A DNA stretch of 63,123 bases, the filler included. It is 4 parts of 4 records of this genome, joined end to end, with 100 filler letters (N's around TTAATTAATTAA, not from the genome) between each part and the next. Parts side by side here need not be neighbours in the genome. Positions count along the whole stretch, not along the records: positions 30,059 to 57,581 come from SRR20825006_1294; 3 more parts are not named here. One strand, written 5' to 3'. The notes under the pieces were generated by a model. That model searched no databases. It worked only from the letters and a program-made list of their open reading frames with translations, and was not told where the DNA came from. The translations under genes were made by a program, and so were the position numbers. Shown one piece after another: positions 39,790 to 47,665 of the stretch (positions within the stretch are counted from its first letter, which is position 1; each line of letters starts with the position of its first letter).

Positions 39790-40181
39790 GCGCGATGCAC
39801 ATGCGTGGGATCAAACCCGCCCTGACACCCGACACGGACGCGCTCACCAAAACCCCGCCCGCGCCGAAATTCCTCAGCGCCCATGCAAAAGCCGAATGGA
39901 AGCGGATCATGCCGCAACTGATCGCGCGGCGGATCATCACCAAGGCCGATCTTGCGGGCGTGGAAAGCTACTGTATCGCGGTCGGTTTTGTGCGCCAAAT
40001 CGAAGAGGAACGTGCCGCCGCCGGTGGTTTGATTGACGTGAAGCTCTTCGGTGTGTTGAACCGCGCGGCACAGACTGCACGGCAGTTTGCGAGCGAATAC
40101 GGGCTGACACCGACCTCACGCGCCCGGATCGGGTCCAACGCGCCAGAGGATGCGGACGACGACGACCCGCTTGCGGTGTAA
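39786..40181 (+). CDS. terS: Terminase small subunit (P27 family)
   Basis: MRGIKP, PKFLSAHAKAEW, YC, EYGLTPTSRARI. Confidence 0.9.
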   Translation: MSAMHMRGIKPALTPDTDALTKTPPAPKFLSAHAKAEWKRIMPQLIARRIITKADLAGVESYCIAVGFVRQIEEERAAAGGLIDVKLFGVLNRAAQTARQFASEYGLTPTSRARIGSNAPEDADDDDPLAV

Positions 40182-40184
40182 CCC

Positions 40185-41798
40185 ATGAGCACGAAGAGCA
40201 CCTATCCGGCATGGGTGATGGACAATTCTCCTATTCCTGATCCGATGGGCTTTGGTGAGCGGGCGGTGAAATTCTTGCGCCGCCTCAAACATCCGGCAAG
40301 CACGGCACCAAAACGAGCGTTTCAACTTGCGCCGTGGCAAGAGCGGATCGTGCGGCGCATTTACGGCCCGCGCAATGCGGACGGGTCGCGGATCGTCAAA
40401 CAGGTGTTTTTGATGATCCCGCGCGGCAACCGCAAAACCTCACTGGCGGCGGCATTGGCGCTTTTGCACCTTCTCGGACCTGAGAAAGTCCCGGCGGGTC
40501 AAATCATCTTTGCCGCCTCAGACCGTGAACAAGCGGGCATTGGGTTCCGGGAAGCCGCCGAGATCGTGCGCCAAGACAAACGTCTTGAGGGCGTGACCAA
40601 GATTTATGATGCGCACAACGCACCGAAGACGATCAAGAGCGCTTTGGATGGGTCTTCGCTCAAATCGGTGTCCTCGGACGGGCGCGCGCAGCACGGCACC
40701 ACACCGACCTTTGTGCTTGCGGATGAAATCCACACATGGCGCGGCAATGACCTCTGGGAAGCATTGCAATCGGGCATGGCAAAGCGGTCGGGTGGTTTGA
40801 CGGTGATTGCCACCACGGCAGGGCGCGGTAATGAGGGGCTTGCCGCAGATACTTACAACTATGCGCGCGGTGTTGCCCTCGGTCAGATTGAAAACGAAGA
40901 GTTCTTGCCAATCTTGTTTGAACCGGATGCGGGCGACCAATGGGATGATGAGGCGGTTTGGCAGCGGGTGAACCCCGGCCTCGCCTATGGCTTTCCTGAT
41001 CTGGACGGGCTGCGGTCGCTGGCGAAAAAAGCCAAGGACAGTCCAAGCGAGCGCTACAGCTTTGAGCAATACAACTTGAACCGATGGTTTGCGAATAGCC
41101 GTGATCCGCTCTTTGATTTTGCCACCTATGACGCGCGTCAGTTCGAAGAGGATGAAACCGATCTTGAAAGCTTGCCGTGCTGGCTTGGTGTGGACCTGTC
41201 GCGCTCTGGCGACCTGACCGCCGTTGTTGCGGCCTTTCAACATCCTGACGGACAGGTGACGGTGAGGCCCACCTTTTTTGTGCCCGGTGAAGACCTGAAA
41301 GCGCGCGCGGATCGCGACGGGGTGCCCTATGAGGATTGGGCCGATCAAGGTTTGATCCGCCTGTGTCCCGGTCCGATCATTTCTGAGGACGCTGTCGAAG
41401 AAGAAATTCGAGAACTGTGCGCCACCTATGACGTGTGCGAGATCGGCTTTGATCCGCACCTTGCGCAACGGATCATGCAGCGGCTCTACGATGATAGGTT
41501 GCCAGTGGTGGAAGTGCGGCAAGGCCCGTTGACGATGGGTGCCGCCGGGGCCGATCTTGAGCGGATCGTGAACGGCAAACTCATTCGCCATGATGGGCAC
41601 CCGATCTTGCGGCACCACCTCGCTTCTGTGGTGGCGGTGCGCACCGATAGCGGGCTGGTTAAGCTACACAAAGGTAAGAAAACCGACCGCATTGACGGGG
41701 CGGTGGCAACGGCCATGGCGGTCTATCGCCTGACCCTCGGGCAATCGAATTTGAGCGCGTATAACGATCCGTCTGCGGGCGGGCTTTTTGTATTTTAA
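40185..41798 (+). CDS. terL: Terminase large subunit
   Basis: LAPWQ, IPRGNRKT Walker A, VLADEIH Walker B, TTAG, GVDLS, RIDGAVA. Confidence 0.95.
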   Translation: MSTKSTYPAWVMDNSPIPDPMGFGERAVKFLRRLKHPASTAPKRAFQLAPWQERIVRRIYGPRNADGSRIVKQVFLMIPRGNRKTSLAAALALLHLLGPEKVPAGQIIFAASDREQAGIGFREAAEIVRQDKRLEGVTKIYDAHNAPKTIKSALDGSSLKSVSSDGRAQHGTTPTFVLADEIHTWRGNDLWEALQSGMAKRSGGLTVIATTAGRGNEGLAADTYNYARGVALGQIENEEFLPILFEPDAGDQWDDEAVWQRVNPGLAYGFPDLDGLRSLAKKAKDSPSERYSFEQYNLNRWFANSRDPLFDFATYDARQFEEDETDLESLPCWLGVDLSRSGDLTAVVAAFQHPDGQVTVRPTFFVPGEDLKARADRDGVPYEDWADQGLIRLCPGPIISEDAVEEEIRELCATYDVCEIGFDPHLAQRIMQRLYDDRLPVVEVRQGPLTMGAAGADLERIVNGKLIRHDGHPILRHHLASVVAVRTDSGLVKLHKGKKTDRIDGAVATAMAVYRLTLGQSNLSAYNDPSAGGLFVF

Positions 41799-41814
41799 CA
41801 GTGAGATTTGAGTA

Positions 41815-43806
41815 ATGAGTAACGAACTGCAAGGCTTGGTGGTCCCAATTGAGGGCCGTATCGACAAGCTTGAAAAGGCGCTTTCGAAGGCGAACAAGGC
41901 ACAGGCAAAGTTTGCCCGTGATGCGCAAAACCGCGCGCAACGCACCTCAAAGGGGATGAACACCGCTTACGGTAAAGTGAACTTCCCCACGGCCAAACTG
42001 ACCGCTGGTGTGGCGCTGATCACAGGCGCAGCGGCAACCGCGATTGCGCAAACCCGCGTTCTTGCGCGTGAGGTGGCAAGCGTGGGCAATGAGGCACGGC
42101 GCGCCGGTGTCTCCGCCGAGGACTTCCAAATCTGGGGCTATGTCGCCGAGCAAAACCGCATTCCGGTTGACGCCTTGGTTGATGGTCTCAAAGAGTTGAA
42201 CTTGCGGGCCGACGAATTTGTCATGACCGGCAAGGGGAGCGGGGCCGATGCCTTTGCGCGTCTCGGATACAGTGCCAAAGACCTCGCGACGAAACTCAAA
42301 GACCCGTCTGCGCTGATGTCCGAAATCCTCGAACGCCTCGAACAGATGGACAAGGCCGCACAAATTCGGATCGCCGATGAACTGTTCGGCGGCACCGGCG
42401 GCGAACGATTTGTCGAACTTTTGGGGCAGGGTGCGCGCAAGATCGAAGAGACCAAGCGTGAGGCCGTGAGCCTCGGGGTGGTCATGAGTGACGACCTGAT
42501 CAAAAAGGCCGAAATCCTCGACCGGCAATTCACAACCGTTGCGAACACGGTCGGCGTGACGCTCAAGAGCGCGATCATTAGCGCGGCTTATTCGCTCTCG
42601 GAATTCCTCGACGGGTTTAGGGCGTTCGAGCAACAGCGCACTGCCACACTGGAAAGCCGACAATCTGAGATCATGGCGGAAAAGGCGGGCCTCTATGCGA
42701 CCAACAAAGAGCAAAGCACTTGGTCAGATCGCAAGCGCCAACGCACCGGCATCGCCGCCGATGTGATTGCGGAACGCATTGCCGCTTTGGACGCCGAAGA
42801 GAACAAAATCATCGCCATTCTGAGCCAACGCAACACCCCGGCTTGGTCGCCCTCGGGTGATACCTGGACACCACCTGAGACACCGCCGGAGACGCCCGGA
42901 GCGGGCGGCACAGGCACGGGAGCGAGTGGCAGTGGTGCGAGGTCGCAAGACGACTATGAGCGCACGGTGGCGGCGCTAGAACGCGAGCGCGCGGCCTTGG
43001 AAGCGGAAGCCTCTGCGATGCAACAGGCGGCAACTCAGGCGTGGGGCCACGGCGATGCAATCGAATACGCCCGCACACGGGCGCAGCTTCTGGCAGCGGC
43101 ACAGGCAGAAGGCCGTGCGATCACGCCGGAACTGACTGCCGAGATTGATCGGCTTGCGAAAAGCTACGTCACGGCGGGCTTGAACGCAGAACAGGCGGCG
43201 AAGAAACTTGAACAGGTCGAAGGTGCCGGTCAACGGGGCGCAGAGGCTTTGAGCACCATGTTCGGCGATGTGTTCAGCGGCGCGAAATCTGCCGAGCAAG
43301 CGGTTCTTGATCTTTTGTCGCAACTTGCACAGGCGGCAATGAATGATTTGCTGATGCAATTGTTCTCAGGGGCTTTAGGTGGCGTGTCGTCTGTGATTGG
43401 TGGTTTGTTGCCGTTTGCGAGCGGTGGATACACCGGCGACGGTGGCACGTTCGAGCCGAAGGGTGTCGTGCATGGCGGCGAATACGTCTTGAGCAAACGC
43501 GCAACCGAACGCCTTGGGGTCTCAAGCTTGGATGCGTTGCACAAGAGCGCCTTGCGTGGCTATGCCTCTGGTGGGTTTGTCGGTGCCGCGAAAGCAAGCG
43601 GGCTTTCTGAGACAAGGACAAGCGCCGCGTCTACACCCTCGGTTACGATCAATTCACCGATCACGGTGAACGCGCCGGGTGGATCGCCGGAACAAAACGC
43701 CGATCTCGCCAAACAGATTGCGCGTGAGGCCGAGAACGGCATGAGGGCGCTTGTTCATACTGAGATCGGCAAGATGATGCGTCCCGGTGGGGCGTTGCGG
43801 CGGTAA
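41815..43806 (+). CDS. Tail tape measure protein
   Basis: Ala-rich helical protein; C-terminal FASGGYTGDGG..GVVHGGEYV and RGYASGG lambda-like motifs. Confidence 0.85.
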   Translation: MSNELQGLVVPIEGRIDKLEKALSKANKAQAKFARDAQNRAQRTSKGMNTAYGKVNFPTAKLTAGVALITGAAATAIAQTRVLAREVASVGNEARRAGVSAEDFQIWGYVAEQNRIPVDALVDGLKELNLRADEFVMTGKGSGADAFARLGYSAKDLATKLKDPSALMSEILERLEQMDKAAQIRIADELFGGTGGERFVELLGQGARKIEETKREAVSLGVVMSDDLIKKAEILDRQFTTVANTVGVTLKSAIISAAYSLSEFLDGFRAFEQQRTATLESRQSEIMAEKAGLYATNKEQSTWSDRKRQRTGIAADVIAERIAALDAEENKIIAILSQRNTPAWSPSGDTWTPPETPPETPGAGGTGTGASGSGARSQDDYERTVAALERERAALEAEASAMQQAATQAWGHGDAIEYARTRAQLLAAAQAEGRAITPELTAEIDRLAKSYVTAGLNAEQAAKKLEQVEGAGQRGAEALSTMFGDVFSGAKSAEQAVLDLLSQLAQAAMNDLLMQLFSGALGGVSSVIGGLLPFASGGYTGDGGTFEPKGVVHGGEYVLSKRATERLGVSSLDALHKSALRGYASGGFVGAAKASGLSETRTSAASTPSVTINSPITVNAPGGSPEQNADLAKQIAREAENGMRALVHTEIGKMMRPGGALRR

Positions 43807-44146
43807 TTGGCATGATTTTGAAAAACGCGCTGTAAGGCACCTTAGAGCGCCGTTGGTGGTTTTTGGGAGGATGTGTAGCCAAAAAGAGGCAAAAGGTATC
43901 TGATGACTCTCTGTGAGGCTGCTTTGTAGTGATTTTGCGATGTGGGGTTGTATGTTCCGTCTGGCGGGCGCATATTCGGTGCGTAACCCCGCAGGGACAC
44001 CGCACCCACTAGCACCCGTCCGCCGCAAGGCAAGCAGCAAGCAAGCACAGTCCAAAGGGTTTAAGGCAGGTCTTATCCTGTGCCGAACGCAAAACACGTT
44101 CGTAGTCTCACCCCCTTTATAACGAACTGCTGCGGACACCCTATCT

Positions 44147-45139
44147 ATGCTTACTGCTTACGAACTCGACCTTCTCATTTTACTGAATGAAGCACCCGAC
44201 GCTAGTGATCTCGAACCTGTCACTCGTGGAACATCGCCTGATCCTGTTTGCAGCGAGGAAGACCTTGCAGACCTGATTGCTCACCTTGACGAATTGGCGG
44301 CAAACGAAGCGGGGAAAATTGATTCCAAACGCTTTCCGGTTCAGGACGTTCAAGTCCAAGGAAACAAGGGACAAAACGCAGATGCGGGAAATCCCGGTCA
44401 GTGTGTAATTCACCCCCTTCCACATCCCCACAAAGCATCCCCTCTATCCCCTACACATCCTCACGCCTTCACACCTTCCCCATGCCCTGCAAACGCTCCT
44501 GAGCAACCCAAGACAAGGAAGCCTAGAGGAAAGCTCGCGCGGATCGCCGAAGTGGAAGGTATGGTGAAAAACGGCATGAGATGGAATGGGAAGTGCAAGG
44601 ATGATCCGAAAGCGATTGGTGAGGTTGGCAAATTCTCTGTAGCTGTTGCCTCTGTGGAAGCCGTGGGTGGTCATGCATTCTCGCTCAATCTCGGATCGCG
44701 GCGTGAAGATATGCTTCTTTCTCATTCTGATCCGCGTCGGCGTATGTCTGCAAATCTGAATAAGCGTCTCAAGGAAGCTGGCTTTCCCGGTCTTCCTTAC
44801 GCGTTTGCTTTTGATGTCGAGCCGAATTCAGATCGTGTTCATCTTCATGGCGTGATTGATACGCGTGGGCTTTCTTCTGACGATATGAAACGCCTTAATC
44901 ATGCTCTTCGCCGTGCCGGTTCTGAAGCAACTGGTGCTCTCGGTGGTGAGCGTCAGGTGAAGTTGAAAGATGTAAACTCTGCGGGTGGTTGGGTAGATTA
45001 CACGTTGCGGGCGCACAGACGCACAGAGAAGGTGCTTGGCGTCGAAAACGTGGTGTTCATCAGCACAACGATGAACCGGCTTTCTAAGGGGCATTATGAG
45101 GCCCTTAGAGGTGAGCGTATTGCCGGAAAACGGGTGTGA
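44147..45139 (+). CDS. HUH endonuclease, rolling-circle Rep-like
   Basis: Ordered motifs AFSLNL (I), VHLHGVI (II, HUH), GWVDYTLR (III, Tyr). Confidence 0.65.
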   Translation: MLTAYELDLLILLNEAPDASDLEPVTRGTSPDPVCSEEDLADLIAHLDELAANEAGKIDSKRFPVQDVQVQGNKGQNADAGNPGQCVIHPLPHPHKASPLSPTHPHAFTPSPCPANAPEQPKTRKPRGKLARIAEVEGMVKNGMRWNGKCKDDPKAIGEVGKFSVAVASVEAVGGHAFSLNLGSRREDMLLSHSDPRRRMSANLNKRLKEAGFPGLPYAFAFDVEPNSDRVHLHGVIDTRGLSSDDMKRLNHALRRAGSEATGALGGERQVKLKDVNSAGGWVDYTLRAHRRTEKVLGVENVVFISTTMNRLSKGHYEALRGERIAGKRV

Positions 45140-45196
45140 ATTTTGGGGATAAGTAAGCGCTAACTTATGAGAAATAAACAGAAAAACGCATTTTCT

Positions 45197-45228
45197 GGAT
45201 TCACATTCTCTGTCCGGTTCGGTATGGT
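45197..45228 (+). promoter_or_regulatory. Putative promoter, paralogous to 32455
   Basis: GGATTCACATTCT; TTCACA-17bp-TATGGT. Confidence 0.55.
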
Positions 45229-45234
45229 GTTCGT

Positions 45235-45301
45235 GTTGGACGTAGCAGTCAACGAATGGCTGGTGAGGGCGTAGGGGTGCGCGCCTCACCAGCGCTTCCA
45301 A
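45235..45301 (+). ncRNA. Candidate structured RNA or leader
   Basis: Outer TTGGA/TCCAA and AGC/GCT pairing enclosing a GCTGGTGAGG/CCTCACCAGC stem; starts at the predicted TSS. Confidence 0.4.
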
Positions 45302-45344
45302 GGCGTTAGTAGTTGTCCCGAATGTCATATAGGAAAAAGAAACA

Positions 45345-45719
45345 ATGAGTATTAATAAACCGACCGAGCTTGAGAGGCTCCAAGCCCGCATGCGTGAGCA
45401 TCGAGAAGGGTCTAATGCGCTTTATCAGACGATGAAACGGCGGGATGATTTTAAGCCGCTCACGTTAGTTTTCGACGATGTCGAAGGCACATTGGCTGAG
45501 GTGTCGATTGACGCAGTTTCCGGTGAGCAAGCCGCTACTGCAAAGCAAAACGTTAAGAATACATACCTGCCGGATGACACTTGGAAAGCCCTCTCTGCGG
45601 CTCTGGTCGAGGCGTCCGAAAATCCTGCAGACCCTCAGACCGAGATTGAGATTGTGCTCGCTGAATTCAACATCATGCCGGAACATTGTCGCGAGGATTG
45701 CGAGGTTTTGGGGGCGTAG
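45345..45719 (+). CDS. Hypothetical protein
   Basis: 124-aa ORF with AGGA upstream. Confidence 0.6.
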   Translation: MSINKPTELERLQARMREHREGSNALYQTMKRRDDFKPLTLVFDDVEGTLAEVSIDAVSGEQAATAKQNVKNTYLPDDTWKALSAALVEASENPADPQTEIEIVLAEFNIMPEHCREDCEVLGA

Positions 45720-45797
45720 TAATTTTTTGCATTTACCTCTTGCAAAATGGTAACGGGTTAGTTAGTTACTGAATACCGAAAGCAAGGAGTTCCTACG

Positions 45798-46322
45798 ATG
45801 GCACTTACACCGGCAGAAAAGCAGCGTGCATATCGTGAGCGGCAAAAGAAGAAAAAAAAGGCTGCATTGAAGAATGCAGAAGAAGCGCCGCAGGAGGTCT
45901 TTCGGACGCCGTTTTTTGAGTTCTTGGGCGACTTCTGTTGGAGTGGTTCGGATTACAATGTCGCGCTTGATCTTGCTGGCATTTCGCCGCCGCAGTTCGA
46001 TGATGATCGTGGCCCAGAAGCTTACACGCTGGATGATGGTGCTGAGGCGGCTGGAATTTTTAAAGACGCGGAAGGCTCGCTTGGACGTGCTGAGGTTATG
46101 GTCGGCTGTTTGATCACCGCAGCGGTCGATATGGCTCACCAGATCAACGATTACAAACGCACAGAGATCAAAGCGCGTCTTGCTGAAATTGAAGCCGCTG
46201 ACCTTTCGGTCCCCGAGACAAGAAAGGCCGCGCTGAAAGATGTGGCGCGCCTGAATAAAATGCTGGACCAGCTTGATAAGCAGGTTCGCTGGACTTTCCC
46301 ACAGTGGAAGGTGACGGGCTGA
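45798..46322 (+). CDS. Hypothetical protein with basic N-terminal helix (possible DNA binding)
   Basis: MALTPAEKQRAYRERQKK; AAGGAG RBS. Confidence 0.7.
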   Translation: MALTPAEKQRAYRERQKKKKKAALKNAEEAPQEVFRTPFFEFLGDFCWSGSDYNVALDLAGISPPQFDDDRGPEAYTLDDGAEAAGIFKDAEGSLGRAEVMVGCLITAAVDMAHQINDYKRTEIKARLAEIEAADLSVPETRKAALKDVARLNKMLDQLDKQVRWTFPQWKVTG

Positions 46323-46421
46323 AAAGCCTTTAAGTTGCGGCGTGGCCCCGGTCGCCAAACTGAAACCACGCCGCTCATTTCAACGCCCTTGATAGGGCAT
46401 CTATACAAAGGAGACATTAAC

Positions 46422-46628
46422 ATGTCTTACACACCCAAAGCAATTCTTACCGAAGCCGAACTTTATGAACCCACTTCGGAAGACTGGAATATTGTGGATA
46501 CATTGTGGGATCGCTTGCAGACGATGAAACCGGGCAAGCAGCGTTCTATCGTGACTAGCTTGATTTCAGCGTGTCCCGTGAGCATTCAAGCCGCGCGGAA
46601 TATTCTGGCTGACGAGGGGCTTGTGTGA
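46422..46628 (+). CDS. Small hypothetical protein
   Basis: AAGGAG RBS; stop overlaps the next start (GTGA). Confidence 0.6.
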   Translation: MSYTPKAILTEAELYEPTSEDWNIVDTLWDRLQTMKPGKQRSIVTSLISACPVSIQAARNILADEGLV

Positions 46629-47203
46629 TGCTCGCAGTAATGAACCAACCGAATTGGCTGCAAATTGAAGAGATGAAAAACTGTGTTCACGAAGCGGGTC
46701 ATGCTGTCATCGCGCGTCTGACCGGCTTTGATGTCGCATGGGTCTCCGTTGATCCAAACTTTATCAAAAATGACCCTCTGGCGATTGAGAATGGATGTAA
46801 CCTTAGCCATGCTGTTTGTCTCACGATTTCTTCTGATCGACTGAACCCCATTATCAATCGCCGGTCTGAACTGACGAAGGAGCAGAAGGAGACAATTATG
46901 GGCTACTCTATGCATGTGCTTGCCGGCCCTTGCGCAGAGGAGCGCATGAGCCCTGAGACTTTCTATGTTGAGGCGAGTGAGAATGATCTTGCACAGGTCG
47001 CTGCTGTTCTCATGCTTACCACACGGACCAATAAAGCAATGTGCAAGAAGCTGCATCGCACCGCACGGCGCAAGCTTGAAAAGATGCTGGAAGAGAATTG
47101 GGGGCTGGTCGTCTGTGTTGCCGACGCGCTCCAGAGGTATCGGACTCTCTCTGGGGCGGGGTTGGATCAGCTTATTGCTGGTGATCTCGCAGAAGCCGCC
47201 TAA
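46625..47203 (+). CDS. Stand-alone HEXXH metalloprotease domain (FtsH/M41-like)
   Basis: VHEAGHAVIA, LAGPCAEE, ASENDL, VADAL...TLSG. Confidence 0.7.
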   Translation: MMLAVMNQPNWLQIEEMKNCVHEAGHAVIARLTGFDVAWVSVDPNFIKNDPLAIENGCNLSHAVCLTISSDRLNPIINRRSELTKEQKETIMGYSMHVLAGPCAEERMSPETFYVEASENDLAQVAAVLMLTTRTNKAMCKKLHRTARRKLEKMLEENWGLVVCVADALQRYRTLSGAGLDQLIAGDLAEAA

Positions 47204-47395
47204 TCCCATGCGACACTCTCGGGTGTCCGCTGTAGAACCAAACAGGTCTGGCACCACCTTGCGCTCACCAGAAGGCGCTAACGGTGCTGCGATTAGTCGG
47301 TGAGTGCGCGGGCCATATTCTCAAACCCCGACATGGCACAGCGGGTTCTCCTTAACTTGCCGCGTGGTGCCAAGATACGATTACCAGTCGTCACG

Positions 47396-47428
47396 GGCGA
47401 GGCTCTTCGGGGTCTCGCCTTTCTCTTT
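47396..47428 (+). terminator. Intrinsic terminator at the element's right end
   Basis: GGCGAGGCTC-TTCG-GGGTCTCGCC followed by TTTCTCTTT. Confidence 0.75.
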
Positions 47429-47530
47429 GCCCATAGTTGACGCAACGTCATGAACTACAAAATGAGCACCACTATAGAGCTACAATGAAATTTATAAGCA
47501 ATTGAAACAAAACAATAAAAAGTGCAAATC

Positions 47531-47559
47531 TGGGGGTTCAAGTCCCTCCACCCGCACCA
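47531..47559 (+). repeat. att core, right copy
   Basis: Exact 29-bp duplicate of 30060-30088. Confidence 0.95.
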
Positions 47560-47665
47560 AACACGTTCCTATGGAAAGTGCAGACCATCCCCAAAATTTG
47601 TTCATGACGTGTAGACGCGGTCGAGATTTGTTGGCTTGAACGCACCAGATTTCCATTCAGTGGCT

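Larger units (their letters stand above)
30060..47559 (+). mobile_element. ~17.5-kb integrated phage-satellite-like element (or compact defective prophage)
   Basis: Identical 29-bp direct repeats at both ends, adjacent integrase, HK97-type head, packaging and neck genes. Confidence 0.9.

Noticed and set aside
40185-41798. TerL inactivated by a deviant Walker A (GNRKT)
   Set aside because: Lys-Thr, Walker B, coupling motif and nuclease Asp residues are intact and the ORF is full length; more likely a natural variant
32520-43806. Host gene transfer agent (RcGTA) cluster
   Set aside because: It has an integrase, att sites, HNH/P27 cos-type packaging and a non-GTA gene order, and lacks the GTA tube, hub and megatron genes
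47208-47303. Small ORF or excisionase near the right att
   Set aside because: 31 aa, no RBS and no HTH/AlpA pattern
47531-47559. Second tRNA gene
   Set aside because: Only the 3' 29 nt are present and the upstream sequence cannot form D or anticodon arms; it is the att duplicate
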